Part shown: in pieces, positions 1 to 13,057 of the stretch | How the letters are laid out: the number at the start of each line of letters is the position of its first letter | Numbering within the stretch: the stretch's first letter is position 1 | Assembly (NCBI RefSeq): GCF_018977255.1 | Contig: NW_024704743.1 | Location: 21,764,001 to 21,828,000 of the forward strand | Source: Callorhinchus milii | Taxonomy: Eukaryota | DNA length: 64,000 nt | Reading direction: 5' to 3' | The notes under the pieces: model-generated | Told to the model about the DNA's origin: nothing | Seen by the model: the letters and a program-made list of their open reading frames with translations, nothing else | Databases searched by the model: none | Position numbers and translations under genes: made by a program

Positions 1-181
1 GACCCACAAACAGTCGTGGATTGAAAATGACCAATTTATTATTGTTTTGTTTTTTGGAGGGATTATTATTAGGCCTGTGGAGTAAGGAAACTTGCCCAGG
101 ATTTCGCCCTCCCTGCCTGGAATTGAACCCAAGTGTCTCACTTGGAAGGCGAGAGCACTAACCACTGAGCTACAGGACTCC
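1..181 (-). mobile_element. tRNA-derived SINE (family A), 5' part; runs off the window edge
   Basis: Minus strand reads ggagtcctgtagctcagtggttagtgctctcgcc...gggttcaattcc (Pol III A and B boxes); homologous to 7948-8452. Confidence 0.8.
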
Positions 182-379
182 AGTTTTGCTATGTAAAGCA
201 ATGTGCATCAAATCTCAAATGTATTTTCCAGACCTTCTCCTTGAGTTAGGAGGGAGATAAGCAGAATCTCATTTGAGCTGAACAGGCTCCAGGGTGATGT
301 GCTCGGCAACAGAATGTCAGAATTAAGTCATTCTTCTGTGGCGGATTAGATAATCCGGTTCCTGAGTCAGGAGGATTCA

Positions 380-800
380 CAGTACTCAGGAGCACTGCTG
401 AGGACACCCTGACTCATCGTCAAGACCTGGATGGACTGATACTGGTGCAGAGATTCCAGTCACTGAACTCCATTTAACTCTGGAAACCAAAGCCCTAGCA
501 GGTGGGTTGGTCCTAGGTGGACAGCAATGGGGAGATTTCCAGACAGTCTCTCAATGGCAAGCTATACGATTTTAGCTGGCTAATCTCTAGTAGTACCCCA
601 AGCCTTGCTTCTTGCCAACTCACACCTAATTACGTAGACAGATGGCATTACTCCGGGAAGAGATTACGCATTCCATTCCAGACACAGGGAATTTTTCATG
701 TGTGGGTGACATATATATGTGGAACTCCCAGTTTGGTTTGGATACTCTTAAGCATGGTGATGGGTTTCCACTTGTGTCAGACACTCAGCTGACCTAAAAT
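380..800 (+). repeat. Unclassified interspersed repeat (family X)
   Basis: Contains ggatactcttaagcatggtgatgggtttcc...cagctgacc, shared with copies at ~14.3, 21.3, 27.7, 46.2 and 48.8 kb. Confidence 0.7.
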
Positions 801-1419
801 AATATTTAACAAGTATGGGAAATCTGCACTGTAGAAAGAAAAGTACAATTTGCATTCTGCTAGTACAGTAAACCACAGGTCAAACTAAACCACAATGTGA
901 ACCTTGTCCGTGGATTGGGATGAAATCCGTAACATTTCATGTCAGCTTCAATGTGATAATTATCATACTGTTTTGACCGTGCACACACACAGACACACAC
1001 ACCCATACACACATAACTACAACATGATGCTTTGCTCCTAAGGCTGATTTAAAAGAAAGTATTGTCCTTTCGGATATCACAAAGCCGGTTCCAATTTAAT
1101 TTTTCACTCCCGGACCCAGCATTTGAGTACTGCTTCACGGGACACTGACTCAGATAAGGCAGTTCTATTTTTAGCTGCACTCAAACAGGCACAGAGACTC
1201 CATTATGCAGAGACTTGGGATGCAAGGTTAGTGTTTTTCCATGGGTAGTCTTTTCAAGAAGGGACAACAATATGCGACAAAATGTCACACACTTCAACCC
1301 ATTGCTAATAGTTTTTTTTTGCTAAGAAATATTAGCAATCAATTCTTTCTTGCACATAAATTAATCATGTGATACTGGAATACTTACAGTGTATGTTACA
1401 TGATATAAAGAGTCTAGTC

Positions 1420-2310
1420 TGAGATGGCTTTATCGACGATGGTGATGTCCAACACGGTGAGGCCCCGGGTGATCACCAGGTCAAGAGGGTGGGGGAGTGG
1501 ATGAGGAGGGAGAGGTTGAGGGAAGAGAGGAGGGAGGGAGGAGAAGTCAGCAGAGGTAGAGCAGAAGGGGGTGAAGTGGAGGTTGAAGTCGCCTAAGATA
1601 AGGAGGCATTCAGAGTAGAGGGAGAGGGAAGATAGGAGGGTGGAGATGTCCGAGAGGAAGGTGGGGGAAGGCTTGGGGGTTCGGTAAGCAAGGAGGATTT
1701 TAGGGAAACCCTGGAGGGGTGGGAGAGGGTAAGGTGTTCAAAGGAGGGTAAGATTCCGGAGGAGTAAGAGGAAAGGCCAAGGGGGGACGGGGAGATGAGA
1801 TCACACCGCCGCTGCGGAGATTAGGCCGTGGGGTTTGGTGAAAAGTGTAACCTGGAGGTGTGGCCTCAACTAGTGGGAAGGTGTTGCCTGGGATAACCCA
1901 GGTTTCGGTGAAGGTGAGGATATCGATATTTTCCTTGACGGTGAGGTCATGGATTGTGAGGGACTTGTTGGTTAATGAGCGGACGTTCTGCAGACTGATG
2001 CGGAGGAGAGAGTTAGTGGTGGGAGTGTGGGGGGATGAGGGGTGGGAGAGGGTGGGCAGGCGGGTTGGATGGGGATGTGAGTGAGGGAGGAAAGGTTGGC
2101 TCCCGTGAGTGAGGGCCGGTGGGCCTTGCGGCGAGAGTGGGGGAAGGGGCAGTCAGGATGTGTGCTGTAGGACAGCCGATGGCGTCTACCACGGAGGGAA
2201 CGACGAAGAATGTGAAGGGAGGAGCAGAGGGAGGCCCTGGGGGAGTCGAGGAGGGATAGGAGTTGGGGGAGGCGGAGGGAGAGGAGGGTTGAGCAGGAGT
2301 AGTGGAGGGA
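1420..2310 (-). mobile_element. L2 LINE fragment, ORF2 N-terminal APE endonuclease region (decayed)
   Basis: Minus-strand translation gives LQNVRSLTNK...DILTFTETW...PPGYTF...LILGDFNLH...HPLDLVITRGL, which are APE endonuclease motifs. Confidence 0.8.
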
Positions 2311-2314
2311 AGGG

Positions 2315-4488
2315 GACCCACGGCCTTGACATTTCCGACTTTAGCATAGTGGACAAGGTCATCTCGGACCACTTCCTCATCTCCTTCTCCTCTCACAACT
2401 CTCTCTCCTCCACCAAGCCCTCAACCATACTCTACTGCCCTGGAAAAGGCTACCCCCTGAGACCCTCACAAAGGCCCTCACATTCTCAAATACCCTATCC
2501 AGCTGCTCCATGATCACCTCTCCTCCATCTTCAACTCTCTCGTCCCCCTGAAATCCAGGACCATCTCCAAACCCACCTGAGCCCACTGGTATAACAATCA
2601 TCTTCACTCCCTAAAAACCCAAACCCGGCTGCTCGAGTGCAGAGAGCAGAAAACTGGCCTGACAGTTCACCACCAACTGTGGCTCGAGCATTTCCACGGC
2701 AACCACCGTTCTTTGACGCGCAAAACAGCCTTCTTCCAACATCATCTTGGAGGCAAAAAACAATCCCAAAGTCCTCTTTTCCACCACCCATTACCTCCTC
2801 TGTATGCCCCCTCAGGCCTCCTCAATCTTCACATCTAATGCCAAGTGCGAGGAGGTCATGGACTTCTTTTCATCCAAAATACATAACATCCACCAGGCAG
2901 CCTCATCCTCCTGCCTCTTGACACCCACCACCATCACCCCCTCTCCGTCCCCCTCACCCTCCCCATCATCAGCTCCTACCACGACTCCCATCCTACATTC
3001 CTTCCGCCCCATCTCTCCTTCCTCCCTCTCACCCACCATCACTTTAATGAAACCCACCACCTGCTGCCTTGACCCCCTCCCCACCAACTTGCTGGTCACC
3101 AGCTCCCCCTCCTCTGCCCACTACTGGCTGATGTCATCAACCAGTCCCTCTCCTCTGGATCAGTCCTTGCCCCCCTCAAAACTGCTGTCATCAACCCCTC
3201 CTCAAAAATGCTTCCCTGGATCCCTCAAACCCCAGCCACTACCGCTCTATTTCAAACCTGCCCTTCCTCGCTGAAGTCTTAGAATGCGTTGTTGCCAATC
3301 AACTCCGCGCACACCTTTCCTCCCACTCCCTCTTCGAACCCCTCCAGTCTGGTTTCCGCCCACAGTACAGAGACTGCGCTTGTGAAAGTCTCAAATGACA
3401 TCCTCTCTATCTGTGACCAGTGCTCCCTCTGCCTCCTTGTCTTCCTGGACCTCTCCACCGCTTTCGACACAGTTGATCATGCCATGCTCCTCCACTGCCT
3501 TTCCTCCGTCATCCACCTCAGTGGGACCGCACTCGCTTGGTTCGAGTCCTACGTCACAAACCGCCAGCAGTACATCTGCACCAACAAGGCTTTTCCTCTT
3601 GCTCTCACCTGGTCACCTGCGGGGTACCCCAAGAATCCATCCTTGGCTCCCTCCTCTTTCTGATCTACATGCTCCCTCTTGGGGATGTCATCCGCAGACA
3701 TCGGGTACACTTGCACATGAATGCAGACGACACCCAAGTCTATTTTTCCACCTCACTTTGCGACCCCCAGTCCCCTGATATTCTGTCAGCCTGCCTGTCA
3801 GTCATCAGGAGCTGGATGAGCGCGAATTTCCTTCAGCTAAACGTTGACAAAACAGAAGCCATACTCTTTGGCTCTCGTCAACATGGTTCTCACCTCCTCC
3901 ACCTACTTGACCTCCTCCTAAAACTCTCCGAACCCGTGCGCGACCTAGGCGTCAGGTTCGACCCCCAATTATCCTTCCTCCCCCACATCCGGTCCCTCAC
4001 CAGCACCACTTTCTTCCACCTCCGACGTATCGCCCATCTCCGCCAATACCTCACTCCAAAAGCCGCTGAAATCCTGGTCCATGCCTTTGTCATCTCTCGG
4101 CTGGACTATTCTAACGCCCTCCTCGCCGGTCTCCCCTCCACTACCATTCACAAAATCCAGGTCATCCAAAACTCTGCCGCCCGCATTCTTACCTGCACCA
4201 AACTCCGCTCCCCGATAACCCCAGTCCTTGCAAGACTGCACTGGCTGCCTGCCCCAAAGAGGATCAATTTCAAGATCCTCACTCTTGTCTTCAAATCCCT
4301 CCACTCCTCTGCACCACCCTATCTCTCTGACCTCCTCTCTCCTCACAACAGTGCCAGTTGCCTTCGCTCCACTGGGTCTGGCCTCCTCCTTGTCCCCCAA
4401 ATCCTCGGCTCCACCATTGGCGGCCATGCCTTCAGCCACTATGACCCGAGGCTCTGGAACTCTGTTCCTCACTCCTTTCGCCTCAGCC
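2315..4488 (+). mobile_element. L2 LINE ORF2 remnant (end of endonuclease through RT and C-terminus), frameshifted, no 3' tail
   Basis: [61 protein letters not shown] and LHWLP spread over several frames. Confidence 0.92.
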
Positions 4489-4884
4489 AATAGCCATAAG
4501 ATAACTGACCAATTAATAGTGAGGTTCAACTGTTTCTTTCTGATCATCACATTGGGATTTGTCCATCTGAACAGACAAACAGAACCTCAGTTCTACATAT
4601 TTTCCTTGAATATCCACCTGCAAAAAGACCTCCCCATGACTAAATTAAAATAATCCTTGCATTTGATGTACCATTTATAACATGAAAATATCTTGAACCA
4701 TTCACAAGTAATTTTTGACAAGTGTGGTGACTATGTATTTGTAGGTACATGTGCTAACCAATTTGCCCACCGTAATGTCCCTCAAACAGCTATGAAGTGT
4801 ATGACCAATTGATCTGTAGGATTGTTGACCAGGGCACTGGAAGAAACTCCCTTACTAGTACAATTAATTTTACTTTAAATAAAT

Positions 4885-5175
4885 TGCCGAACAGGTTAAA
4901 ACATTTCAAGTGGACATTAAAGATCCCATGGCCCTATTCGAAAAGAGAAGGGAGTTTCTCCCGTTGTCTTGGCCAATAATCCCCTAAATAAAATTGGTCA
5001 CTCACTCCATGGTTGTTTTGGGGACATTGCTCTGCATCATTGGCTGCCACATTTCGTTCACAAAATACACTGTCAAAACCACCTTAGAGTGTATCCTGTG
5101 AAGGCACTTTGAGACGGCTCAATGACATGAAAGGCATTATATCAAATGCAAGGATTGTTATTATTATTGTTATTA
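4885..5175 (+). mobile_element. Deu-domain SINE, 3' half
   Basis: gtggacattaaagatcccatggccctattcgaaaagagaagggagtttctccc...aaatgcaaggattgttattatt. Confidence 0.7.
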
Positions 5176-7504
5176 TGTGTGACATTAAGCTGTAGGGATG
5201 AAATATCCAAATCACTAGGCTTCACTAGGCCGTTGCCATTGTTAAGGTTCCTACCTGGATGATTAGCTAAACTTTCAATGAGAGCTGCCTCTGTCACCTC
5301 TGAGGCTGGTCACTGACCTGTCATGTCCTGCATTCTGCCTCTGGAATCCGGCAGAGATCACAAGAGGCCATCTCCTTAAAGTAATTGTTTGTCAATGAAA
5401 GCTGTTCTCTTGTTTCAAAAGGAGCTGTCTCTTTTTCCCAAATCAAAGGATAAGACCATTAGTTCATTATCCTTTAAACTTTGTAAACCTCAAGGCAACA
5501 GTAAAGCCATTTCGCCCACAAAATACACAATCAATTCATGATAAGGCGCTATATCAAATGCAAGGATTGTTATTATTATCAAGACACAAACAAACAAACA
5601 AACAAACAAACAACAAATTGCATTTATATAGCGCTTTTCACATTGGCACAGCGCTTTGGGACATTGTTGTTGTTGTGGCAGTACGCCCCAAAACACACGT
5701 GTTAACTTACATTCATAACATCTGTTTATTCAAGGATTTTGCTGATCCAGCAGCACTTGACCATAATAAATATTTTGATTGACAAAATAATAATCTTAGC
5801 ATTTGATATAGCGCCCTATCACTTTGTTGAGATGTCTCAAAGCGCTCCACAGGATATACTGTAAAGTGGATTGACTGTATTTTGTGGGCGAACGCATCAC
5901 ATTGATATAGGTTCTGGTGGATTTTGTTCACTTGTTTTGAGCTTCCAGTTTTGTAGCAGAGAGAAACTGTCAATTTAAATCCTGTAATTACTGGTGAATA
6001 TATCTTAGTTTTGAACTTTCCAAAATAGTTTCCACGTTAAAGTGGAAAGAAAATAGAATTAATTCCAAACTGACTGTGCCGGCTGTTGCCATTTTGCTTC
6101 ATTGCTCGAGGCATCTGTTGTACTGCGTTTCTCTCAGCCCCAATCCAAGGACACAGTTTATGAAGTAATTGGGAGATAAGGGACATTACATTAACATTTT
6201 TACTTACGTTTGGCCTTATTTTGTGTTTGCACCATGTTTCCAGTACTTCGATGTTACAGTACTCTTTGTAAACTCACTGTCACTGTGAGGTTGAGAACGC
6301 ACTTCTCAATAAACCAGTGGTATTTGTGCCACCTCGCAGTAACCTGGGTCATAATAAAATCCTATGCAGTGCTTTGAGTCATCTCAACGACATGGTAAGG
6401 CACCGCATTAAATGCAAGGATTATTATATAGTTTTTCTAATCTGGCAATTACCATCAATCAGGAAAAAGGAGTACAGTACAGTTTGTATAAACAAGATTT
6501 GCCAAAAATAGATGGTCTGTAACATATGTTCAGAGAGAAAAAAATAGATCAATGACAGTCACAAGTTTTAAAGTGTTTGATAAAACATGTATTTGATGTT
6601 TGTCCCTGTTCTTAAATCATTTTAAGATTGCCTTCTGTAGTTTAACATTATAGGCTTGTTTTTCTCTTTTATCATTGGCATTTGGCAAGCAGGAACCTTA
6701 TATTTTCGCCTGTGGCAGATATAGATATGCTGCTAGTTTGCAGTCAGTGTTGACTGAGGGCAACGCAATTATTCAGTGCTATTTAAACAAATTATTAAGA
6801 AGCAGGATGATGGTAAAACATACTCCGTTACATTTTTTTAAATGAAATTTCTCATGATAACGTTGGCGGTGTGAGCAATAACCTCATGCTTGCCGTCAGG
6901 CTGCCTGAGAGATATCAACATGCTCTCCGAAATCTCTCAAAAAAACAGCTACACGACTGCAGATGACGAATCACCAGTTATGGGCCTAGGGGTTATCTCA
7001 GCTCCAGACGACAGATAAAACATAATGCTTAGACTCCGTCAGCAACTCCCAAAATAAACATGTTTGTGAAAATAACCTCTGTCTGCATACACGTCATTTC
7101 CACTATGTTACACAGTGCCCTAAAAAAAATCCTCAGGCACATTCAGCAAAGTATCCCGGCATTAAATTCCCTGAATTAAAATGTATATTATGTATGGCAG
7201 ACCTGAAATGGGAAAACCACTGAAACTACAGATAGTTTTGGACGGCTCCCACCCATAGCTCCGATGTCCAGCTGGAAATGTCAAGCAATTTGTGACCTTC
7301 TTCAAACGTGAAAGCCGATATACAAGTGTGAATTGTATTGTAAATTGTACTGTAACTAAACAAGCTAAAAGTACAGGGCTCAAGGAGCTTCACATCACTT
7401 TCCATCCCTGCACAGAAGTTAAATATATAATCATGTGAAGGTGTATGGTGGAGTACACTGACTGGCTTCTACTGTTCCTGCTTTTTTTCTCATTCCTATG
7501 GCGT

Positions 7505-7878
7505 CAGTCTGACTCTGAACCATATCAGGACTTTGAACTCACAGTCCAGACTGACACTGAGATGCAGTGCTAGTGATGTATTGCATCTCTGGAGGTGCCA
7601 TCCTTCAAATGATCGAGATACCATCTGCCTGCTTAGGTGGACTTTATAGATCCCATGGCACAATTCTAAAATAGGAGAGAGTTTCTCCCAGTGCCTGGCC
7701 AAAACAATCATCCAAATCAAATTAGTCTTTCACTTTTGTGGGTCATTGATGCGGGCAAATTAGCTGCTGCATTTACCTGCAAAATACATTCACTACATTT
7801 GCAGTCAATCCTGTGAAGCACTTTGAGACATCCTCCTGATGTGAAAGGTACTATATCAAATGCAAATAAATATTACTC
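7505..7878 (+). mobile_element. Deu-domain SINE, near full length, diverged
   Basis: ggaggtgccatccttcaaatga...gatcccatggcac core and gtgaaagg..tatatcaaatgc tail. Confidence 0.7.
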
Positions 7879-7947
7879 CAAGTTGTTGTAGCTTTGGTAT
7901 TTCCTTCCGTGGTTATAACGAGGCCGACACAGAGCAAGATATATTGT

Positions 7948-8452
7948 GGAGTCCTGTAGCGTAGTGGTTAGAGAGATGCACTCAAGCGCTCCGAGATGCT
8001 ACCCTGCGTGGCGGGTGCTATAAGTGCAGGTTGTTGTTGTTGTAGAGCACTCGCCTCACAAGCGAGAGGAACTGGGTTCGATTCCCGGGCAGAGGGAAAC
8101 CTTAGGCAAGTTTCCTTAATCCCCACACACACACACAAGCCTCTGTTTACCTAGCAGTAAGTAGGAACCCGGCTGTTAGTTGATTGGTAGATTGCTTTCT
8201 GGCGGTAATCAGCAAACTCAGCACAATCCGGGGGTAATAATCTCTTGAAAAAAATAATAATTCATAATATTTGGTCAGTCCATTCAACACTGTTTGTGGG
8301 ACACTGCTGTGTGCAATTGGCTGCCACGTTTCACCCACAAAATATACAGTCACGACACTTTACAGTATAGCCTGTGTAGCTCTTTGAGACGTCTCGACTT
8401 CGTGATAAGGAGCTCTATCAAATGCAAGGATTATTATTATTATTTATTATTA
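7948..8452 (+). mobile_element. tRNA-derived SINE family A, full length, with a 69-bp insert in its head
   Basis: A box tagcgtagtggttag, B box gggttcgattccc, tail aaatgcaaggattattattat. Confidence 0.85.
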
Positions 8453-8579
8453 TATCCAAATATCTCTGCAAACACTGGATATCTGCTATACTCTTGAATG
8501 AAAACAGTAATGAACAATTATCACATTTTCAAGAATACAGTAAAATATACACATAGATAGTTATTTCAAATTGCCCCTG

Positions 8580-8760
8580 TATAATAATAATCCTTGCATT
8601 TGATATAGCGTCTTATTACGTCTTCGAGACGTCTCAAAGCGCTTCACAGAATATACTGCAAAGTGAATTGACTGTATATTTGTGGGCAAAACGTGGCAAC
8701 CAATTGTGCACAGCAGTGTCCCACAAACGTTGTGGATTGAAGTGACCAATTTTTTTTCTT
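8580..8760 (-). mobile_element. SINE 3' module, tail-to-tail with the preceding copy
   Basis: ataataatccttgcatttgatatagcg...cacagcagtgtcccacaaac is the reverse complement of the shared SINE tail. Confidence 0.8.
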
Positions 8761-10203
8761 TATCATAAGCCAGCATGTGTCAGCTTGCCTCTGCTGGTAG
8801 TACATTTACCTCCGGTTCTGTAGGTTGTAGATTCAAACCCACTAGAGGGGCTTGAGCTCACATTGGAGAAGTACTTGGAAATCCTGCATTGGCATCTTTT
8901 GAAAGAGATATTAAACCGAGGTCCCATCGCCCTGATGAGGTGGACATTAAAATTCCCATAACACAACTTTATAAAGAGAATCAAGGTTCTCCTGGTGCCT
9001 TGGTCAGCAATTTTCCATGTTAATTAGTCCTTAACCTCATGGCTATTTGTGGGATCTCGATGGCACAAATAGCGGCAGCAAATGCCTCCAGAAACAATCA
9101 CGAGGTGTGACAGTAATTGCTGTGTTTCTCTTTGAGACACTTCAACATGATAAGGCACTACAAAAGTGGAAGTTGTTTCTTTCTAAATGCATGACTATAC
9201 CATATGCATATATAATAAGCAAATACAATATTCATGAGAATCTTCAGCAATATTAGTGGTTTGTCTTTTTTTAAAGAAAAAAAATCTTTAAAATATGTCC
9301 AATCATTTTTCTAATTGTCTCCCCACTGACATATGTCTCTCTGCTCCTGGTATATCCTCACTCTGCTGGGGACGATTGCACGGGCATTGGTTATCTATCC
9401 TCCGGTACCCAGTCCGAGTGGGCATTAATCATTGTGTGTCTGCAGGCCACTTGACGATAAAAGGCTTGACCTCTCCTCAACTGACTGCCACCACTGAAGC
9501 TCCCCATTTCCTCGGCTCGGAGGGGGAGGTGACAATAGGCTGGAATGAGTGTTATCATAAGAAAGATAAGTCTTCTCCAGGACTTCATGACAACTGCAAA
9601 GCAATTTGAGACATCCTGCAAAAAAGCCACTTGCATCAATGCAAATTGTTATTGACATGTCTAACATGCGCAGGTATCTAGGCCCAGCATCAGAGTTGTT
9701 AGGGTTAAGTCAGTCATACACATTGAAGAGAAGTGATCGTAAAAGTATTTAGGAATGTGCTAATCTGAAGTTTCATAGAGAAAGAAATGTTGCAAAGGCA
9801 GATTGAACCTCCCATTAAAGCAGTTACACTAATTGATCCTTAACAATGGTTGTTCCAAGGTCCAGAAACGCGGCCCAAAGCCAGCCTTCTGCCCAAATGC
9901 TGATGTCGATGGCAAATCCTAACCAGAGCTTGTGCAGTGCTCCCTCCCACTCCCCCACGATAAATAGCAATGTCAATTTACACTTGGATAGCTCCTTTCA
10001 TGTCGGGAGGAGATCTCAATGCACAACTGATGGGGAAAAAGGTAACTAAAAGCGGTGCCAAATATTATTCAATAAATAATTGGAAAAGTGTAGGTAATAG
10101 ACAAATAATAATCATGTTAAATTGACTGAGGGAGGTCACTAGGTTGTGAGCTGTCAGATCTAGCTGCGTCATAAAGTTTAAAGAGAATATAAATAATGAT
10201 TGG

Positions 10204-10670
10204 GGTGTCCGCCTGGCTCAGTTGGTCGTTCTCTCGCCTCTGAGTCAGAAGGTTGTGGGTTCAAGGCCCATGTCAGGACTAGGATATTATATACTGTAGC
10301 TTGACACTCCAAAGTAGAGTTGGCAGGGTGGGGGGGGGGGAGAGTGCTCCATTGTTTGAGATGCCGTCCCTCAGATGAGACGTTCAACCGAGGTTCCTCC
10401 TGCCTGTTCAGGTGAACCTTAAAGATCCCATGGCACTATTCACAGTTTCCCTTTGTTCTGGCCAACAGTCGCCCAAATAAAATTGGTCATTCAATTCATG
10501 GCCATTTGGGGGACATTGCTGTGTGCAAATTGGCTGCCACGTTCGCCTACAAAATACACAGTCACTATACTGTACAATATATTCTGTAAAGCACTTTGAG
10601 ATATCCTCCTGATGTGAAAGGCACTACATCAAATGCAAGGATTATTATTATAATATTATTATTAATAATA
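10204..10670 (+). mobile_element. Full-length tRNA-head Deu-domain SINE (DeuSINE, SacSINE1-like)
   Basis: Head gcctggctcagttggt...gggttcaagg; core gatgagacgttcaaccgagg...aaagatcccatggcactatt resembles the Deu-domain; L2-like tail ending in (ATT)n. Confidence 0.8.
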
Positions 10671-10682
10671 ATTGTAATCCTT

Positions 10683-11800
10683 CAACAACAACAACAAGAT
10701 TACATTTGTATAGCGCCTTTCACGTTGGGAGGACGTCCCAAGGTGCTGGACAGTGTACAGCATTTCAGACCCAAGGCGGATCAGGGAGGGAGAAGGAAGG
10801 GGAGGGGAAGGGGGGTGGCCGATGGTATGGTAGAATAGGAGGGTTTTGAGGTGGGACTTGAAGGACGCTAAGGAGGGGGTGAGGTGGAATGATTGGGAGA
10901 TGGAATCCCAGAGGTTGGAGGCAGAGTGGCTGAAGGCTCTCCTGCCAATGGTCGGGCAGGTGGGTCGGGGGACATGGAGCAGACCAGAGCCGGCTGAGTG
11001 GAGGGAGCGGGCGGGTTGGTAGAAGCTTAGGAGGTCGCAGAGGTAGGGTGGGGCGAGGCCATGGAAGGCTTTGTAGGTGAGGACCAGGATCTTGAACTGG
11101 ATCCTCTGAAGGATAGGGAGCCAATGGAGTCGAGCAAGAATGGGGGAGATGAGGTCGCGGAGTTTCGTGCAGGAGAGGACACGCCTTTGGAGGGAGGAGT
11201 TGGGAAGGCCGACAAGCAGGGCTTTTGCATAATCGAGCCTGGAGGTGATGAAGGCATGAACAAGAGTTTCAGCGGCCTGAGGGGTGAGGTAGTGGTGGAG
11301 TCGGGCAATGTTACAGAGGTGAGGGAAGGCAGAGCGGGTCATGGCTTGGATGTGGGGAAGAAAAGACAGTTGAGGGTCGAACAGGACACTTAGGTTCCTG
11401 ACTGGCTTAATGAGTTGACGTGTGCAACCATGGAGGTTGATGCTGCCAGAGCCTGAGGTGCAGAGGCGCTGGTGTGAGCCAATCAGGAGGGCCTCAGTCT
11501 TGTTCACATTCAACTACAGGACTTCCAGGACTTGATGTCCGACAGGCATCTGTCAGGACTCCTGGAGTTTAGGGCAGAGGCAGAAAGATAGAGTTAGGTG
11601 TCATCTGCATACATATGGAAGTTGACCCCATGTCTGCAGATGATGTCACCAAGGGGTGTAGATATTAAAGAGGAGAGGGCCAAGGACAGAGCCCTGGGTG
11701 ACGCCAGATGTGAAGTGCGGGGACTGGAGGAGAAACCATTAGAGGCAACAAAGTGGAGATGGTGAGAGAGAAGGGATTCGATCCAGGCAAGGGAAGGCCC
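10683..11800 (-). mobile_element. 5'-truncated L2 LINE with (TTG)n tail
   Basis: ORF 10662-11513: [33 protein letters not shown]-coding region near 11600; caacaacaac tail. Confidence 0.9.
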
Positions 11801-13057
11801 GCGAAGATTAATAAAGAAAGCCAGAATTAAGAAAGTCTAGTTTGAAAATATAAGATCGCTTGTAGCTGTGGTTCCACTGCTTGGAAATAAAATGGTGTCA
11901 GAAATTTTAACCATCTGATCAGTCAGATTGAAAATATTTTAATGAAGGGGCCGACTGAGGTGATACATGTGGAGCAGATGACGCTAAGACTAGTTCCTTG
12001 CATCTTTGACAGATGTTCTGCCATTTATTTGGCATCGGTGCCTTGCTCGAGGTGATAGCCTCTCTAGGGGCCACAGATCAGGAAAACGTACGCACATTTA
12101 ATCTGTGAGGCCATCAGGGCCAATTTGAGCAAACAACTACTGCTACAAGAGATTTATGATCACATCGAAACTAATTACCTTCGTAGAGTGACAGAAAGTG
12201 CAACTGGAAACATGATAGCTGGCAAGAAATAAGCTCAAGTCCACGGTTTCCACTGTATTCCTGGTGTTTGAAACCGAACATTTCTGATGACTCCAGCAAT
12301 GCTAGCGATTGCTCAGGCATTAACAACGATGCATTTATTTAGAGCCCCTCATGCAGGATAGCGTCCTAGAGCGCTGAAAGCTAGCAATCAGTGATGACAA
12401 TTCGATAGTTGAGGATATGCACACTAGCCAAGCATTTCAGGCAGTGCCAGCTGTAAGCCTTGAACCCAGAGCAACTAAACCTCCAACACAGAAGATGGAG
12501 GAGGCCTGCGATATGCTTGCTATTTAATACATCTGCTGGATCCATCAGTCATGCAATAGAGAGCAGTAGTCTGATGTGTAATGTCACTAAATCATCTACC
12601 TCAGTCTTGTTGGCAGATGAATAAGCCATGAAGTATCTATTGTCCGTAATACGCGCTACAATTCTGGAAGAAGATGGGACTAATAATCTCTTGTAATACT
12701 TACGCGGACACATTAAAAGGCAATTAATTTTTTTCAGAGTTGGACCAACTTCATAACCCTTCAAAAATTTCAAGCGAGGTTTCCCTGGTGTCCTGGCCAA
12801 CAATCTCCCAAATAAAATTGATTTGCATTATGGTTGCTCGTGGGGCATTCCTGTGCACAAATTGACTGCCATATTTGCTTACAAAAGTACATTCTTTACA
12901 GTGACTCCTGTGAAGTGCTTTGCAACGGCGAAATAACAAATGCAAGGATTATTATTATAAGCATTATTATTATATAAGCTTCTTGCAATAAAGTCCATTC
13001 TTACACCCAAAAACTGCCTCCAATTATTATAAGATTATGTAATATTTCATGCAGTCT

